Assembly (NCBI GenBank): GCA_964016885.1
Contig: OZ024743.1
Coordinates: forward strand, 254,076,001 to 254,140,000
Origin: Eledone cirrhosa
Taxonomy: Eukaryota
Direction: 5' to 3'
Length of the DNA stretch: 64,000 nt
The translations under genes were made by a program, and so were the position numbers. The notes beneath the pieces were generated by a model. The model was not told the DNA's origin. It ran no database searches and worked only from the letters and a program-made list of their open reading frames with translations. Positions 25,221 through 38,451 of the stretch are shown one piece after another (position 1 is the first letter of the stretch; the number at the start of each line of letters is the position of its first letter).

Positions 25221-28200
25221 ATGCTTTCTTTATTAACCACAAGTGTTTACACAAAGTAGACATTAAGGAAAGTACAGGACAATAGAGTACGGTACAAATG
25301 GACATTTCTGCGTGTATAAAAAACAAAAACACCAGAAGATGTAATAAAAGAACAATGAAAAATTCCACAATAGGGGGGAGATTTCCGAGGGCCATCGTGG
25401 AGAAAGCCCCTTAAAAAAAGCCACGGTGACCCTGACCACCAGGGCAAATGTCCTCTCCCAGTTTTCCCCCTCCAATTTACAGGCATATACTCAGAGTAGG
25501 TCCATTCACTCGGGCCATTCTTGCCTCTCTCACCCATCTTTCAACAAAAAGCTGGGAAGAGACCATCTCCCTCTCTACCCTGATTTTCCTTTTCAAATGA
25601 AATTGGGAAAAGTTAATCAGGGCATCACCGAAGAGGTAAGTGCTCATCTTCAGACCTTTCAGATGCGTCCACCATACTATCTCTTTCGCCATTGCCACCA
25701 GACAGATAAAAACTGCCTGCCCTTCCCGGCTAAAGGAAGAGGGCTGGGCAATCCTCACGATGCACACAGCTGATAGTCAAATAAGTTCTGCACGCGACAG
25801 CAGGTGTTCGACATAAACCCACAAGTCAGCAATGCTCGGACACTGGACGAGTGCATGTAGGACGGTTTCGTCGCCCTGCGCGCATCTCGGACATGCCCGG
25901 CTGACGGCACCTCCATACCTGTAGAGTTTATCCCGAAAAGTCAAAGCTCCTCGGTAGCACTGCCAGGCCAGGGATTTCTGGAAGTTGTCTATAGGCCCCG
26001 GCCCGAAAGTTCTTCCAAATAGATTGTCTAGTTGATTTTCGTCGACGCCTAGAGTTTCCCCAAGTACGTCGTCGCTCTTCCCCACCACTAATCCTCTATA
26101 GAACGCCAAGCTAGAGTTTCCACCGATCACATTGCCCGATTGGCCGTTGGGCTGTGAGCGCCTGAAGACATACCAGTCTCCAAGCGCTCCCTCTCGGTTT
26201 TCGCTTGACCCAGGACTGCAGCTCCGTCAAGGAGATGAGCTGGGGAAAGACGCGTCTAGCAAACGGCAACCACACCTGGTCACCGTCGAGGAAGAGGTGG
26301 AGATGTCGTAGCCTGAGCGCGTGTCTGCGCATCATCAGCCACGGCTTGCCCAGCCCTCCATGTAGCGGGTGTTGACAGCAGATGGACCGCCTGACCATCG
26401 GAGCGCATCCTTTCCACACAAAGCGAAAGAGCAAACGCTCCAGCGCAGTCAGGCGAGGCTTAGGACAAGGCACGACGGTCAGGCGGTAGTAGATGACGGA
26501 CGCGATGTACGCGTTAGCCACCTCCGCTCGACCTTTCAGGGTTAGCTTCCTCACCGCCCATTTCTGAGTAAGAGAAGCCACCCTGCTCCTCACCTCGTCC
26601 CAGTTTTTTCTTTGTATGGAGGTCCCGACAGAACCAGACCCCTAGCAATTTAACCGGTCCGTCCGTCCAGCGCCCGACAACGCCGTTGTACGGCATGGAC
26701 CTGCCTCTCCAGGTGCCGAGATGCAGCCCCTCCGACTTTTCCTGGTTGATCATTGCCCCTGTCACCGCTTCGTATTCTCTTAGTGTAGTGCCGATCGCCT
26801 CGATGTGTTTGGCGTTCGACACGACTACGGTGACATCGTCCGCATATGCTGACATGGATCTTCCGCATCCTAGTTCGCGCGGGACCCCCTTCAACGTCTC
26901 CAGTTTGTGCAGTAATGGCTCGAGAGTCAATGCGTACAAGAGGGACGAGAGGAGACATCCTTGGCAGACCGAGCGCATGATGTTGAACGGGTCCGAAAGG
27001 TGACCGTTCACTCTCACCACAGAGCAGATGTCGCTGTACATGGCAGCGATCCAGCCTCTGAAGACGGGCCCAAAGCCAGCCGCCCTCAGGACTGCTGCTA
27101 GGTAACGATGGTCGACCCTATCAAAAGCTTTCGACTGATCTAAATTGATCAAGGACTCACCCGAGCCAGGATGTATCGCATGAGGTGGAGGTTGTCGTGG
27201 ATGGATCTGTCGGGAATGGCGCATGTCTGCGCCTCTCTTACCAGACCACCAACGACAAGCGACAACCTCTTTGCTAGCACCTTGGCCAAAATCTTGAACT
27301 CTGTGTTTAGTAGAGTTATGGGCCTGAAATTATCTATGTTATCCCCCTTGTTCGTCTCCTTTTTTAGCAGCGCCAATGCTCATCGGCTCACAGAGCTGTG
27401 AATTCTCCCGTTCTGTTTCCAGTTGCACTAGACGTCCGCCAATAGGCCTCCGAACAAGTCTGGCACGTAAAGTTCATAGGGCAGACCATCCAAACTAGGC
27501 GATTTACCCCCTTGTGCAGCCAGTCATTTCCTCCCGTACTTCAACTGCTGTTATCGGCTTTTCTCAACACTCCGCCTCAGTGTCCGAGAGCCTCGGCACT
27601 CCTTCGAGGTAGACACTAAAGTCCATCCCTCGATCCGGCCCGCCGCTGCCCCCGTACAGCTGGGCGAAGTGTCGCTGAAAAGCTTCACACATTTGCCCGG
27701 GATCGAGTAGCATGCGCCCGTCGTGCTCCACCAAAGACTGGATCGTGGCTTTGTTGCCACGACGCGCCTCCGCCACTCGGGCGCATTGAACGGCTTTCGT
27801 CCCCTCGTGTCTGAGAGCACGCACACTAGCTCTGACAACGCAGCCTTCGTGCTTTGCATTGAAGAATTGGTCGAGGGCCAATTTCGCCGCATGTACGTCG
27901 GTCGCGATGCTTTTGCTAAGCGCCTCGTCTAATTTTCGAACTAGTTTCTCCCTCTGCTCTATTTTTCTCTATTGCTAAAGCCTTACTAAACCTAATGGAC
28001 TCTGTTATAATCGCTCTTTTCAGATCAAACCACCACATGTTATTGACGATGGCCCCCGTCAACGCCCGCTTAACTAGTTCGCTAATCCTGTCTCTCTAGG
28101 CCTTGCGCGCTGGTAATGACGCGTTTAGCTTCCAGTAGCCGCGTCCTTGTCTAAGAAGCCTATCTATGTCAAGCACACATATCAGGAATTTGTGGTCCGT

Positions 28201-30490
28201 GTAGCTGACTATCTTGAATTGTGGACAGCCTATGCTAGACCTATCTATTTCCCTACAAATTACTCTATCTAGATATGATCAGGATGACCCGATGCGGTTT
28301 GTCCAGGTCCACATAGGCACATTCGGGAAATCCAATTGGTACCTGTCAGACAGTTCAAAAGGCCTGAGCAGGTTGGTGACGCTCTTGCACCCTCATCCCC
28401 TATCCGCTAATCCCACACAGTCCCAGCGTGCATCTAAGATCCCGTCCCAGTCGCCCACTAACACTAAAGAGTGGGACGATCCACGAAAGGTCTCCAGATA
28501 CCGGAAAAATTATAGCCGCCCTGCTCCTGTCGGGGTATAGACAGGCACTAGCCTGAAAGCTTGCCCGTCTCCGCTGGTCACGTCCAGCACCACCAATTTA
28601 CCTTCTGGTCCAGGAAGATGACCCGTATGGCGAGATCCAAACCTCTCCGAAAAAGCACAGCAACTCTTCCCTCCGATCCCGGACGGCTGGGAGATGCGTA
28701 CACATCGTAGCCGCCTAAGATCGGTGTGAAGGCCCGTGCCTCGGAGATTCTGGTCTCGCTGACGGCCACCACATCTATGTTTAGCGACCTGAGATCGTTC
28801 AGCAGGTGCCCCTGCTTCCAAGATGACCCCAGGCCACGTACATTTATGCTACCTATTCTGAGAGTAGCCATGTTGGCTAGGATAGGAGGATAACAAGTGA
28901 GAGGGGAGAAGTACAAAAAAATTACCTGTGGCTCTTCTTTAGGAAGGGGGTGGGTGATCCATCCCTCCGACCATTGGTGGGTTTCTCCACGAGAATATCG
29001 GTGAATATTCTTTTGGTGATGTTCCCTCGGTAGTCTCCAATTGATGTGGGGAACATTTTTTTTAATGTTATGTAATTTTTTGTGTAATTTCTATTATTTT
29101 TATGTGTGTGTGGGGGGGGGGGTGCAATTTTGGTGGTTTGTACGTAGTTTGTCTGTGATGTTGGTGTGGTGTTGAATGTAATTTAAAAGCTTTGTGTTGT
29201 CTGTGTCTATGGCTGTGTATTGTGTCTGCTGTTTGGGTATTGGTGTTTTCTGTGTTTGCTGTCGTGTTGTTGGAGGTGACGATGGGGTAGATGGCAAGGG
29301 TGGTGGTGGTGTTGGTGGTGATGGTGTAGGTGGTTGTGGGCGTGTGGCTGTTGATGGTGGTGGTGGAGGAGGTGGGGTAGTTTACATTTTTTTTTTTTGA
29401 GGTTCTTTCTTCCTCTTTATTTTTGGGGGGATGAGGGTAGGTAGTTCTCCTTTTTTTGTTGGAATAGTTCTCCACTCTTCGGCCTCATCGCACGCCTTGT
29501 CCGATTTGGCTATATCAGGAAGGGGTATGCTTTCTATTGGTTTTGGGTGGTGGAAGAGATGGTGTTTTTGTTGTTGGGGATGGTGATTTCTCTTCTGCCA
29601 CTGTGTTCTTTGTTTGTTTGTCTGCTCCAGTTGCGGGGCACGGCGTGGTGAGAAGGGGTGGGTGCGTGCCTGTTTTGGTAATTTGAGGCGTCTTGTCCCC
29701 ACATCCATGACACATTGGGCGCCTACCTTCGACTGTCACGGGTAGATGGCTGCCGTCGTCCAGGTCTATTACATCGAGGATGGCCTCAACGCTTTCGTGG
29801 TTTGCTTGGATGATTAGCTCCATCCCCGACGCTGTCCAATTTTCCTGTCTTATTCGTATGACGTTGAGTATGGTTGTTGAATCTTCAACGTCAGCGAGGA
29901 AGGCTGCCGTCAACCACGCCATCTCCACTGAGGGTGGAACCTGGCCTACCCGAACCCTCACTACTCTCTGGCCGCAATATGTGGGTATCATTGTGATTTC
30001 GTCGCTGCGGAGTGGTGCAATGGAGTGTGCTCTGGCTTCCTCTGGTGAAGCGAAGAGCACATCGAAGTGTCATATCTCGATCCCCGGGCTATATATGTTT
30101 TTTGTGCCCAGACGGCACCCATAGCTCTTTGGATCTGTGACTCCGTTGCCCGTTAAACTCGCCTGGATTTTGATCCGATCGTGCGATAACTGACCGAACA
30201 CAAAAGTTTGTTTCTTATTATCTCAGCTGGGCGGGTGAGACTTACTCTGTGTCCGGTTTTTTTTACCAAGACCTTTGCTTGTTTTATCTCTTCGGTAGTG
30301 ATGTTTATTTGCTCAAACTTGTTGGTCGCTTTCACGGAAGAAGTGTTTGTTTTGATTTGTGTTGACACGTCACTAGTTTTGTCTTTGTTGCCGTCGCCGG
30401 TGTTTTTGTTTGTTTCTTTTTCCTCTGTGTTGCTGCTGTTATAGTTGTTGTTCTTTCGGTTCATTGTGGTTGTTGCTGTTGTTATTGTTT
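25221..30490 (-). mobile_element. L1/Tx1-clade LINE copy 2 (diverged sister family), degenerate
   Basis: ORF2 starts MATLRIGSINVRGLGSSWKQG (28871). RT motifs FRPITLLN, DQSKAFDRV and AYADD; terminal CPRC knuckle. ORF1 remnant at 29068-30464 with a CHGCG knuckle. (ATT)n tail. Confidence 0.9.
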
Positions 30491-30504
30491 ATAATAATAA
30501 TAAT

Positions 30505-32640
30505 AAATACATATGATCACCTGATAACAAATGATCTATTTCCCAATGAGCAGAAAGGGTGTAATCGAGGCTCATATGGCTGTAAGGATCAGCTTTTGGT
30601 TAACAAAATAATACTGGAAAATTGTCATAATAGACACAAAAATCTATCAATTGCTTGGATAGATTACAAAAAAGCATTCGATAGTTTGCCATACAGTTGG
30701 ATTGAAAAGTGTTTAGAGGTTTTCAAAATATCTCCCGTTGTCCAGAGGTTCCTGTCATTCAGTATGAAGACATGGAAAACGACACTCCTTTTGAATAGTG
30801 GAAAAAAATCATTGAAAGCTGGAGAAGTTAATATTGATTGTGGAATTTTTCAGGGTGACTCTTTATCACCGCTTTTATTCTGCATCGCATTTATACCATT
30901 AAGTAAAATGCTCAATGAAACAAAACAAGGATATAAAGTCTATGACAAAACCATTAATCACTTGTTCTACATGGATGACCTGAAACTATTTGCAAAGAAA
31001 TGATGAGCAATTGCAAGGGATATTATCCACTGTGATGCAGTTCAGTGATGATATTAAAATGGAGTTTGGACTAGACAAATGCGCCAAAGCCACGTTCACC
31101 AGAGGAAAGCTGCTGAGAATTTCAGACATCAATCTTGATCGGGGGAATGTGATAAGAGAACTTGTTCAAGAGGAAACTTACAAATATCTAGGTGTTTGTG
31201 AAGGAGACAGAATCAAGCGCTCGACAATGAGGGAAAGAATAAGGAAGGAATGTTACCGCAAAGTAAGAGCAATCTTAAGAACGGAACTGAATGCAAGGAA
31301 TAGGATCGATGCCATAGACACGCTTGCCATACCAGTTGTAACCTTCAGTTTCAATGTCATCAACTGGTCAAGCACAGAGATCCGTAGGTTCGATACAAAA
31401 ATTAGAAAATTCTTAACCATGCACAGAATGCATCACCCTAAGGCAGATACAGATAGAATATATCTCCCTAGGAAAGAAGGAGGACGTGGATTAATCCAGT
31501 TAGATATTGCTTTGAAAACTGCAACAATTGGATTATCTACATATCTAAGGGAATCACATGATTGGATGATCAAACTCGTTTTGAAACATGAAAGCATCAA
31601 AAGATCATACTCCATTACAAAAGATGCACAAAGATAGAGTAATGAATTACAAATTTCAGAAGTTCCATTTACTGCTGAAATGAAAAACACAGAAAAAGCA
31701 AAGCAGGTAAAAGTAACTGCAAAGAAAGAACTGCTACAGAAACTGGCTAAGAAATGGCAAGAAAAGCCTCTGTATGGAAAATACCCAGAAAGAGCTAACA
31801 ATCCTGATGTTGACAAAACGTTAACCCATCAGTGGTTGGCATCCTCTGGACTGAAATAATCGGAGACTGAAGGACTGATTATATCAGCACAAGATCAGTG
31901 TCTGCCAACACAAAATTATCAAGCCAACATAATAAAAAATGGATGCAACCCATTATGCCGTGTGTGTAAAAAACAACCAGAGACTATTGATCATATAATT
32001 TCAATGTTCAGTCCTATAGCTCCAACCGAATACCTAAACAGGCACAACAGAACATACATACATACATTGGATAATGTGTAAGCATTTTGACCTGCCCCAT
32101 CAAAAGAATTGGTGGGAGCATCAACCACTTCCCGTACTTGAAAAAGATCACATCTCAATCTTGTGGAACTTTAGTATCTAAACAGACCGAAAAATAGATG
32201 CAAATAGACCTGATATAATACTGAAGGACTTTAAAAAAACGGTATGCCTGCTAATTGATATGTCCGTTCCAATAGACAAGAATGTATCTATAAAAACATT
32301 TGAAAAATTGAGCAAGTATAAAGACCTGGAGATAGAAATTGGAAAAATGTGGAAGTTGAGAACTAAAACAATACCAGGGTTGTAGGCGCTCTAGGAATGA
32401 TACCTAAGGGGTCTAATGATTACTTATCTCAAATCCCAGGAAACCCACGTATAGGAGAAATACAAAAGATAGTACTAATGGGAACTGCCCATATACTAAA
32501 GAAGATTCTGTCAATATAAGTACATCACAAGTCAAAACACCTAAAGACGCATGTGTGTGGCGGACCTTGACTCTTGAGGTCACTGGTTGTGACTTGGCGA
32601 TAACTCATATGAACATAAAGCAAGATAAATGCAACTATAA
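30505..32640 (+). mobile_element. Dong/R4-clade LINE, 5'-truncated (RT, CCHC, RLE)
   Basis: EQKGC, WIDYKKAFDS, GIFQGDSLSPLLF, HLFYMDDLKL, YKYLG, R.YLPRKEGGRGL, SAQDQ, CRVC..ETIDHII, NRPDII. Both ends lie in (AAT)n. Confidence 0.9.
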
Positions 32641-32705
32641 TAATAATAATAAATAATAATAATAAATAATAATAATAATAACCACTACAATGATGATGAT
32701 ACTGG

Positions 32706-33460
32706 TTTCATTTATTGGCCACAAGGGCCGACATATAGGGGACGATACAATAGATGGGGACAGTGGGGGTTTACATATATAGCATGTAAAAATATAAATA
32801 ACAATAACAAAATAATAAAAAAAATACAACAATGAAAAATTCCCCAACAGGGGGCTAACCACCCAAGGTTGACTCAGGTACCCCACCAATCCTGGACCAC
32901 CTGACACTTTGAGAGCACCCAGGAAGGGCACCCCTCTCCTCAAATTCACCCACCTACAGGAACATTCTTTCCACATTTACCCACCTTTTAACAAATGTAC
33001 AAGGGGCAGCATTTTTTCTCCACCATCACTTTCCTTTCCAAGTGAAACTTGAAAAAGTCGATGAGGAATTGGCCAAAAAGAAAAGTGTCTGCCTTCAGTC
33101 CTTTTAGCCTGGTTCACCACACAACCTCTTTTGCTGCCTGCCCTTCCTGGTCAAAAGAAGGCAGTGGGGTGATCTTCATTACAGACATGGTCGACAGCTG
33201 GATCCATCCTACACGTGACAGCAGCTGTCTGACATAACTCCACCAGTCAGCAGTGCATGGACACTGTTGAAGTGTATCCAGAACATGTTAGTTGCTCTGT
33301 GTGCATCACGGTCAAGTCCGTCTGAGAGCACTGCCATTTATCTCAAACTGCCAGGGACAAGTGAGGGATTTCTGGAAGTTATCTATAGTCCCTGGTACGA
33401 AAGTCCCCAAGAACAGACTGGTTAGTTCGACATGTTGATGCCCATGGCCTCTCTGTATTC
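32706..33460 (-). mobile_element. Tx1 3' fragment related to copy 1
   Basis: tttcatttattggccacaagggccgacatatag matches 19383-19414; degenerate ORF2 C-terminus follows. Confidence 0.85.
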
Positions 33461-33889
33461 TTTCTAACATTGGCAAATGGCTAGAAATTTAGAGAAGGGA
33501 AAATTCAATTACTTCAATTTCACTACAATCTCGGAAGGATGAAAAGCAAAGATGTCCTTGGTGAGATTTGAAACCAGAATGTAGAGGTCTGTAACAAAAT
33601 GTTGCAATGCTGATGATAATAATTATATAATGATCAATACAAACTGATTATAGTGAAGAGGTGGAAGAGGAAAATTATGGTGATAATAATAATGATGTTG
33701 ATGACTATGAATATTATTATAATGGCTTTCCAGTTCGGACAGGTCTCACCATGCAATCACTGTCAACCAATCTATGCAATGAACCAATGAGCCATAGTTG
33801 TTATCTCGTTTATGTCTTGACTTACAAGACACTGTGAAAGCATTATGTCCAGTGCAGCGTGTTGTAATAACTTAAGGCACGCAGCAAAC

Positions 33890-34730
33890 TTCCCTACTTT
33901 CTATTGCTTTCTCTCATACTTTCCATACTCGATCTCTTATTCACTACCTCTTTTCTCTGCTGTCTTTCTCACCCTTATTCTTTTCCCTACATTCCCTCCC
34001 TTTTTCCTTCTCTCTCTCAATCACTATTTTGCCTACTTTCTCTCATTCTTTCACTCACACAATCTTTTCCTTATTTTCACTCTCACTCTATTACATCATA
34101 TATTTTTCTCTCTCCCTCCTTTGCTCACTCAGCCATTCACTTGTTCCTCTCTATATCAACAGATATTCCATATACTTTGTTGGTTTTTGTTTGCTATGTG
34201 TTTAGTCTGTACACACGAAGACATCATGGTGGAAATAGGAAGTGGACTTAATCTTAATATCAAAAATAAAGAAGTTTTCTACTTGCTTGTCATCTATTAC
34301 TTCTTCAGTGTCTTCTTCATCTCATTTTCCCTTGTCTACTTTGTTTCCTCTTCTTCATTCTTCTCCATCGTCTCTTCTTCTTCATCTCTATTTCCTCTTC
34401 TTTTCCATTGTCTCTCCTTCATCTCCATAATATTTTCTTCATTATTGCCATCTTCTCGTCTTCTCCATCATCTTTTCTTCTTAGTCTTCATCTCCTCCTT
34501 TGATTCTTTCATCATCCCCTTCATCAATCTCTTTCTTTGTTGCCCTCTATTTTTCTTTTGTCTCCTTCATCTCCTTTTTATTGCCTTCTACTTTTCTTTC
34601 ATCTTCTTCATCTCTTTCTTTTGTGTTTTTATCTCCATCTTCTCCATCATCTTCATCTTCACATTTGGCTTCTTTTCTTCATCTTCTACATCAACTCCTT
34701 TTTCTCCTCCTCTTCTTTCAGAACAGAAGA
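33890..34730. repeat. CT/TCT-rich low-complexity region
   Basis: Pyrimidine-rich + strand with degenerate tcttca/tctcca units. Confidence 0.7.
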
Positions 34731-35197
34731 ATGATGCCAAATACAGAAGAGTGAGAAACATTTTCTGATTAGTTCCCAAATCGAAGAGGATATAATCAGA
34801 AACCAATAATATCAGATTAACATATTCTAAATATAAATTTACAGTCACTAATCTTCTCTCGTTTTTGAGGCTGTTTCTTTAAACAAGTGATTCGATCAGT
34901 GAATGGCCATAGCTCGCAGCAATGGGCAACAAACGGTTACTCAATGGGGGAGGATTGGATGTCAAGATAACTAGATTGCAGTATATTGCTGAACATTTAA
35001 GCAAAACTATGGAAGCAATGAATGTAATAATTTCTTGTAGTCACTTGGTTAAATTGTTATTTACCTAAAGACAATGGAAGCTGCTTAACTGAACAGAATT
35101 AAGGAAAATGTTTTCGAACGTGTTTATCAACAAGAAGTGAAAGTCTGTCATTGATTGAGTTGATTCCTGTGTCAACTCATTTTAGGTGCCATCTTAC

Positions 35198-35269
35198 AAA
35201 ATTTAGCATGCTTGGTGATCAGGTGATCATAGTCTTGCTTGATGAAGAGGAGATTATGAAAGACAAAAT
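35198..35269 (-). CDS. Candidate 72-nt internal exon of an unidentified host gene ([24 protein letters not shown])
   Basis: Minus strand shows a pyrimidine-rich tract ending cattacAG, then 72 nt open in phase 1, then GTAAGA. The sequence is non-repetitive. No homology recognised. Confidence 0.4.
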
Positions 35270-35494
35270 CTGTAATGCGATGTTGCAAATGGAAAGATAA
35301 TACAAATGAAATTAGATAAGAATAAATGGAAAAATGATGTATATACATCTCTAGAAAATACATATATATATATATATACATACACATGGGTGTGTATATA
35401 TGTATATATACATATACATATATATATATATACATACACATGTGTGTGTATATATGTATATATACATATACATATATATATATACATATATATA

Positions 35495-36020
35495 TCATCA
35501 TCATCATCATCATCATCTAATGTCCATCTTCCACACTAGCATCGATTGAACAGGTTTGTCTCACTTGAGGCAAAATTGCTCAGGATACCATGTATCACTC
35601 GTATAGAACTGTTTCTGGCATGTTTTCTATGGCTGGATGCCCTTCCTAACGCCAACCACATTTACAGTGTGGACTGGGAGACTTTTTACTCTGTCTCCGA
35701 CACAACCACTCTACAGTGTGGACTGGGTGCTTTTTGTTGTGTCAACTACACGACCACTTTACAGTGGTGTGGACAATAGGGGGAGGATGGAGTATGAGTG
35801 TGGGGCGGGGTGCATATTGGGTTAAGATGTGCCTACTGACTGTAGGTTTAAGTTTGTATGTAAGGGAAGGGGGTCTTCTGTACAACTGCATAGCGCCAAA
35901 GATCTCAATCTAGTGACATTGTCCTAGAGAGGTGTAAGTGAGCAAGGTCAGTTTTTATCACCTTGTCCCAGTGCAAAGGGAAGCCTGCATTGAGTGTAGC
36001 ATGGTGTGGGAGGTAACCAG
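35495..36020 (-). mobile_element. RTE LINE 3' end (ORF2 tail, 3' UTR, (GAT)n)
   Basis: Reverse-complement similarity to 44290-44805, including ggctggatgcccttcctaac. Confidence 0.75.
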
Positions 36021-37894
36021 TACTGTGACTTCCCAAAATTATGTTAAAAGTTTGAGATAAATATAAACACTCGAAAATATTATCATAGAACCAGCAACAG
36101 TTTCAGGGGGTTTGATATTAAAAGTGTTAAAATGTATTCTATAAAAATAAATCTTTATATCCACCTTTGTCTGTGTTTGCTTCTCAACCTAAAGACCAAT
36201 TATGTAAATATTTCAATGTATTTACCTTCAAAATAAACTGTTGAAATGTCATGTTTAGATGACTAATTCTATAAGACTTAATTAAATAAATACAAACGTC
36301 TGTTTTCAGTCACTGAACAACTCAACACTATTTTTGTCTCTTTTTTAAGTATTTTAGGAGAGATCTTTTCTTGAACATTTTGTCTTTGCAAACTGTTTTA
36401 TACTTTAATTCTTTCACTGGTCTCTGTAATTAGACTTAAAGGGATTTAGTGAACCATTTCGACCCCTGTACATAGTTTGACAAATTTTATCAATTTCTTT
36501 TTTAACTGCTATGTGATAAAATACAAACAATCAAAAATGCAAACATTTACACAGATACACACATAAAATATTTGGATTGTGGATATATATAAAGTATAAA
36601 GAAAGAGCTCAAGAGTAGAAATGCTTTAAACATAGCTTATACATTAAAGTGAATACCTTTCAAAGATGGAAAAAAAGAATTTGCCATAGGCCACTATGAG
36701 GAATTCAATGCCATATCTTCTGGATACCAGCTAGACGCTTTAACAATTAAGCTATGGAACTTTTGACAAAATCTTTCCTGTCATTTTTCTATCTAGATAG
36801 TTGGACAAGAACTTTCAAATGTCAGCAGACAGGCAGATAGACAGACAGACATATGTAAATAAGTAATATACGAAGCCAAATTTTCAGCTTTTTGAAGTGC
36901 TGAAAATATATGTATATATATATAAATTATAAGAAACGATTGTCAATAATAAAATGTTTTAAACATAGTTTAGATTATTCTGTTAATTATATTCCGGCTC
37001 AGTAAAACATCTGATGTATTTACATTGAGCTATTTTTCTTACTGGTAATAAGCTGGTAATGAATTACTGACCTTTCCTGTTTATAATTATATATAGTGTA
37101 TATATAAGTATAAATAATATTATTATTATTATATAAGACCCATCCCACCCTTGCAAGCAGGAAAAAGCGGACGTAAAATGATGATGATGATATATAAGTG
37201 TAAAGAAAGTGCTCAAGCACAGAACTGCTATAAACATAGCTTATAAAATAGGGTGAACACCCTTAAAAGATGGAAAAAGAAGTTGCTATGGAAAAAGAAG
37301 CTTGCTATGAGGAATTGAACCCCGGCCAATGGCAACTTCTTTGTTCGTCTTTTAAGGGTGCTCCTGTATGTATATATGACAGACATCTGCACAGTTACCA
37401 GCTCCCAAATTTCCCACACGAGGCATTGGTCATCCAGAGGCAATTGCAGAAAGCATTTGGCGATGATGCTATGCAGTAGAATCAAACTCAAAACCACATG
37501 GTTGCAGAGAAAAAAACACAACCACAGCTGTTTTGTTTGTTTTTTTTTTTCTGGTTTAACTGGTCTTCTATGAAGTTGCATCACATAGGAGGTTTCATGA
37601 GTGCTTTAATGTTGGGGGCCACAGCACAATCATGTATGTTCCTACTTAATATACCTATCCTGTATTCTAAACATGATGGAATTATGGAATCAGCTCCATT
37701 ACATGTCTAGCTCATTATTCTATTGATTCCTGAAAGATGAAACAAAATTGTCTTTGTGGGGATTTGAACACAGCTTGTAAAGAACCAGAACTAAATGTTG
37801 CAGCGTACTTGGTCAATCCAAATGTGCTGTATGTAGTGAATGAGTGTGTGTGAGCGGATATATATATATATTTAGATATACGTATGTATATGTA

Positions 37895-38220
37895 TCATCA
37901 TCATCATCATCATCATCAACGTTTAACGTCCGTGTTCCACGCTTGCATGGGTTTGGACGGGGGTAGTCCCACTTGAGGCAAGAGTGATTGTCTTGCTCGC
38001 ATAGGACTGTCTGGCAGGTTTTCTACAGTTGGATGCCCTTCCTAACACCAACCACATTTACAGTGTGGGTCTGGGAGGTTTTTACCGTGTTGCCTACACG
38101 GCCACATTACAGCATGGACTGTGTGTTTTTTTTGTCGTGACACCTACACGATCTCATTTGTTTCGGCCTGGATGGCGCGGCACCAACATAACTTTACATA
38201 GAACGGGGTGGTGTGGATGG

Positions 38221-38222
<2 letters not shown>
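37895..38222 (-). mobile_element. RTE 3' UTR-only copy
   Basis: Close reverse complement of 44475-44805 with a (CAT)n run on the + strand. Confidence 0.8.
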
Positions 38223-38303
<81 letters not shown>

Positions 38304-38396
38304 TCATCATCATCATCAGCGTTTTACGTCCGTTCTTCCACGCTAGCATGGGTTAGACGGGTTGTCCTGTTGTAGGCTGTGTCCAGTGGCTGATCT

Positions 38397-38451
<55 letters not shown>

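Noticed and set aside
33845-34768. 307-aa F/S/L-rich ORF and acidic/basic antisense ORFs
   Set aside because: These arise from pyrimidine-rich low complexity; the antisense D/E/K-rich frame shifts repeatedly.
36880-37100. Hammerhead at gaaacgattgtcaata
   Set aside because: Only the 3' half is recognisable, with no intact CUGANGA; treated as a decayed remnant.
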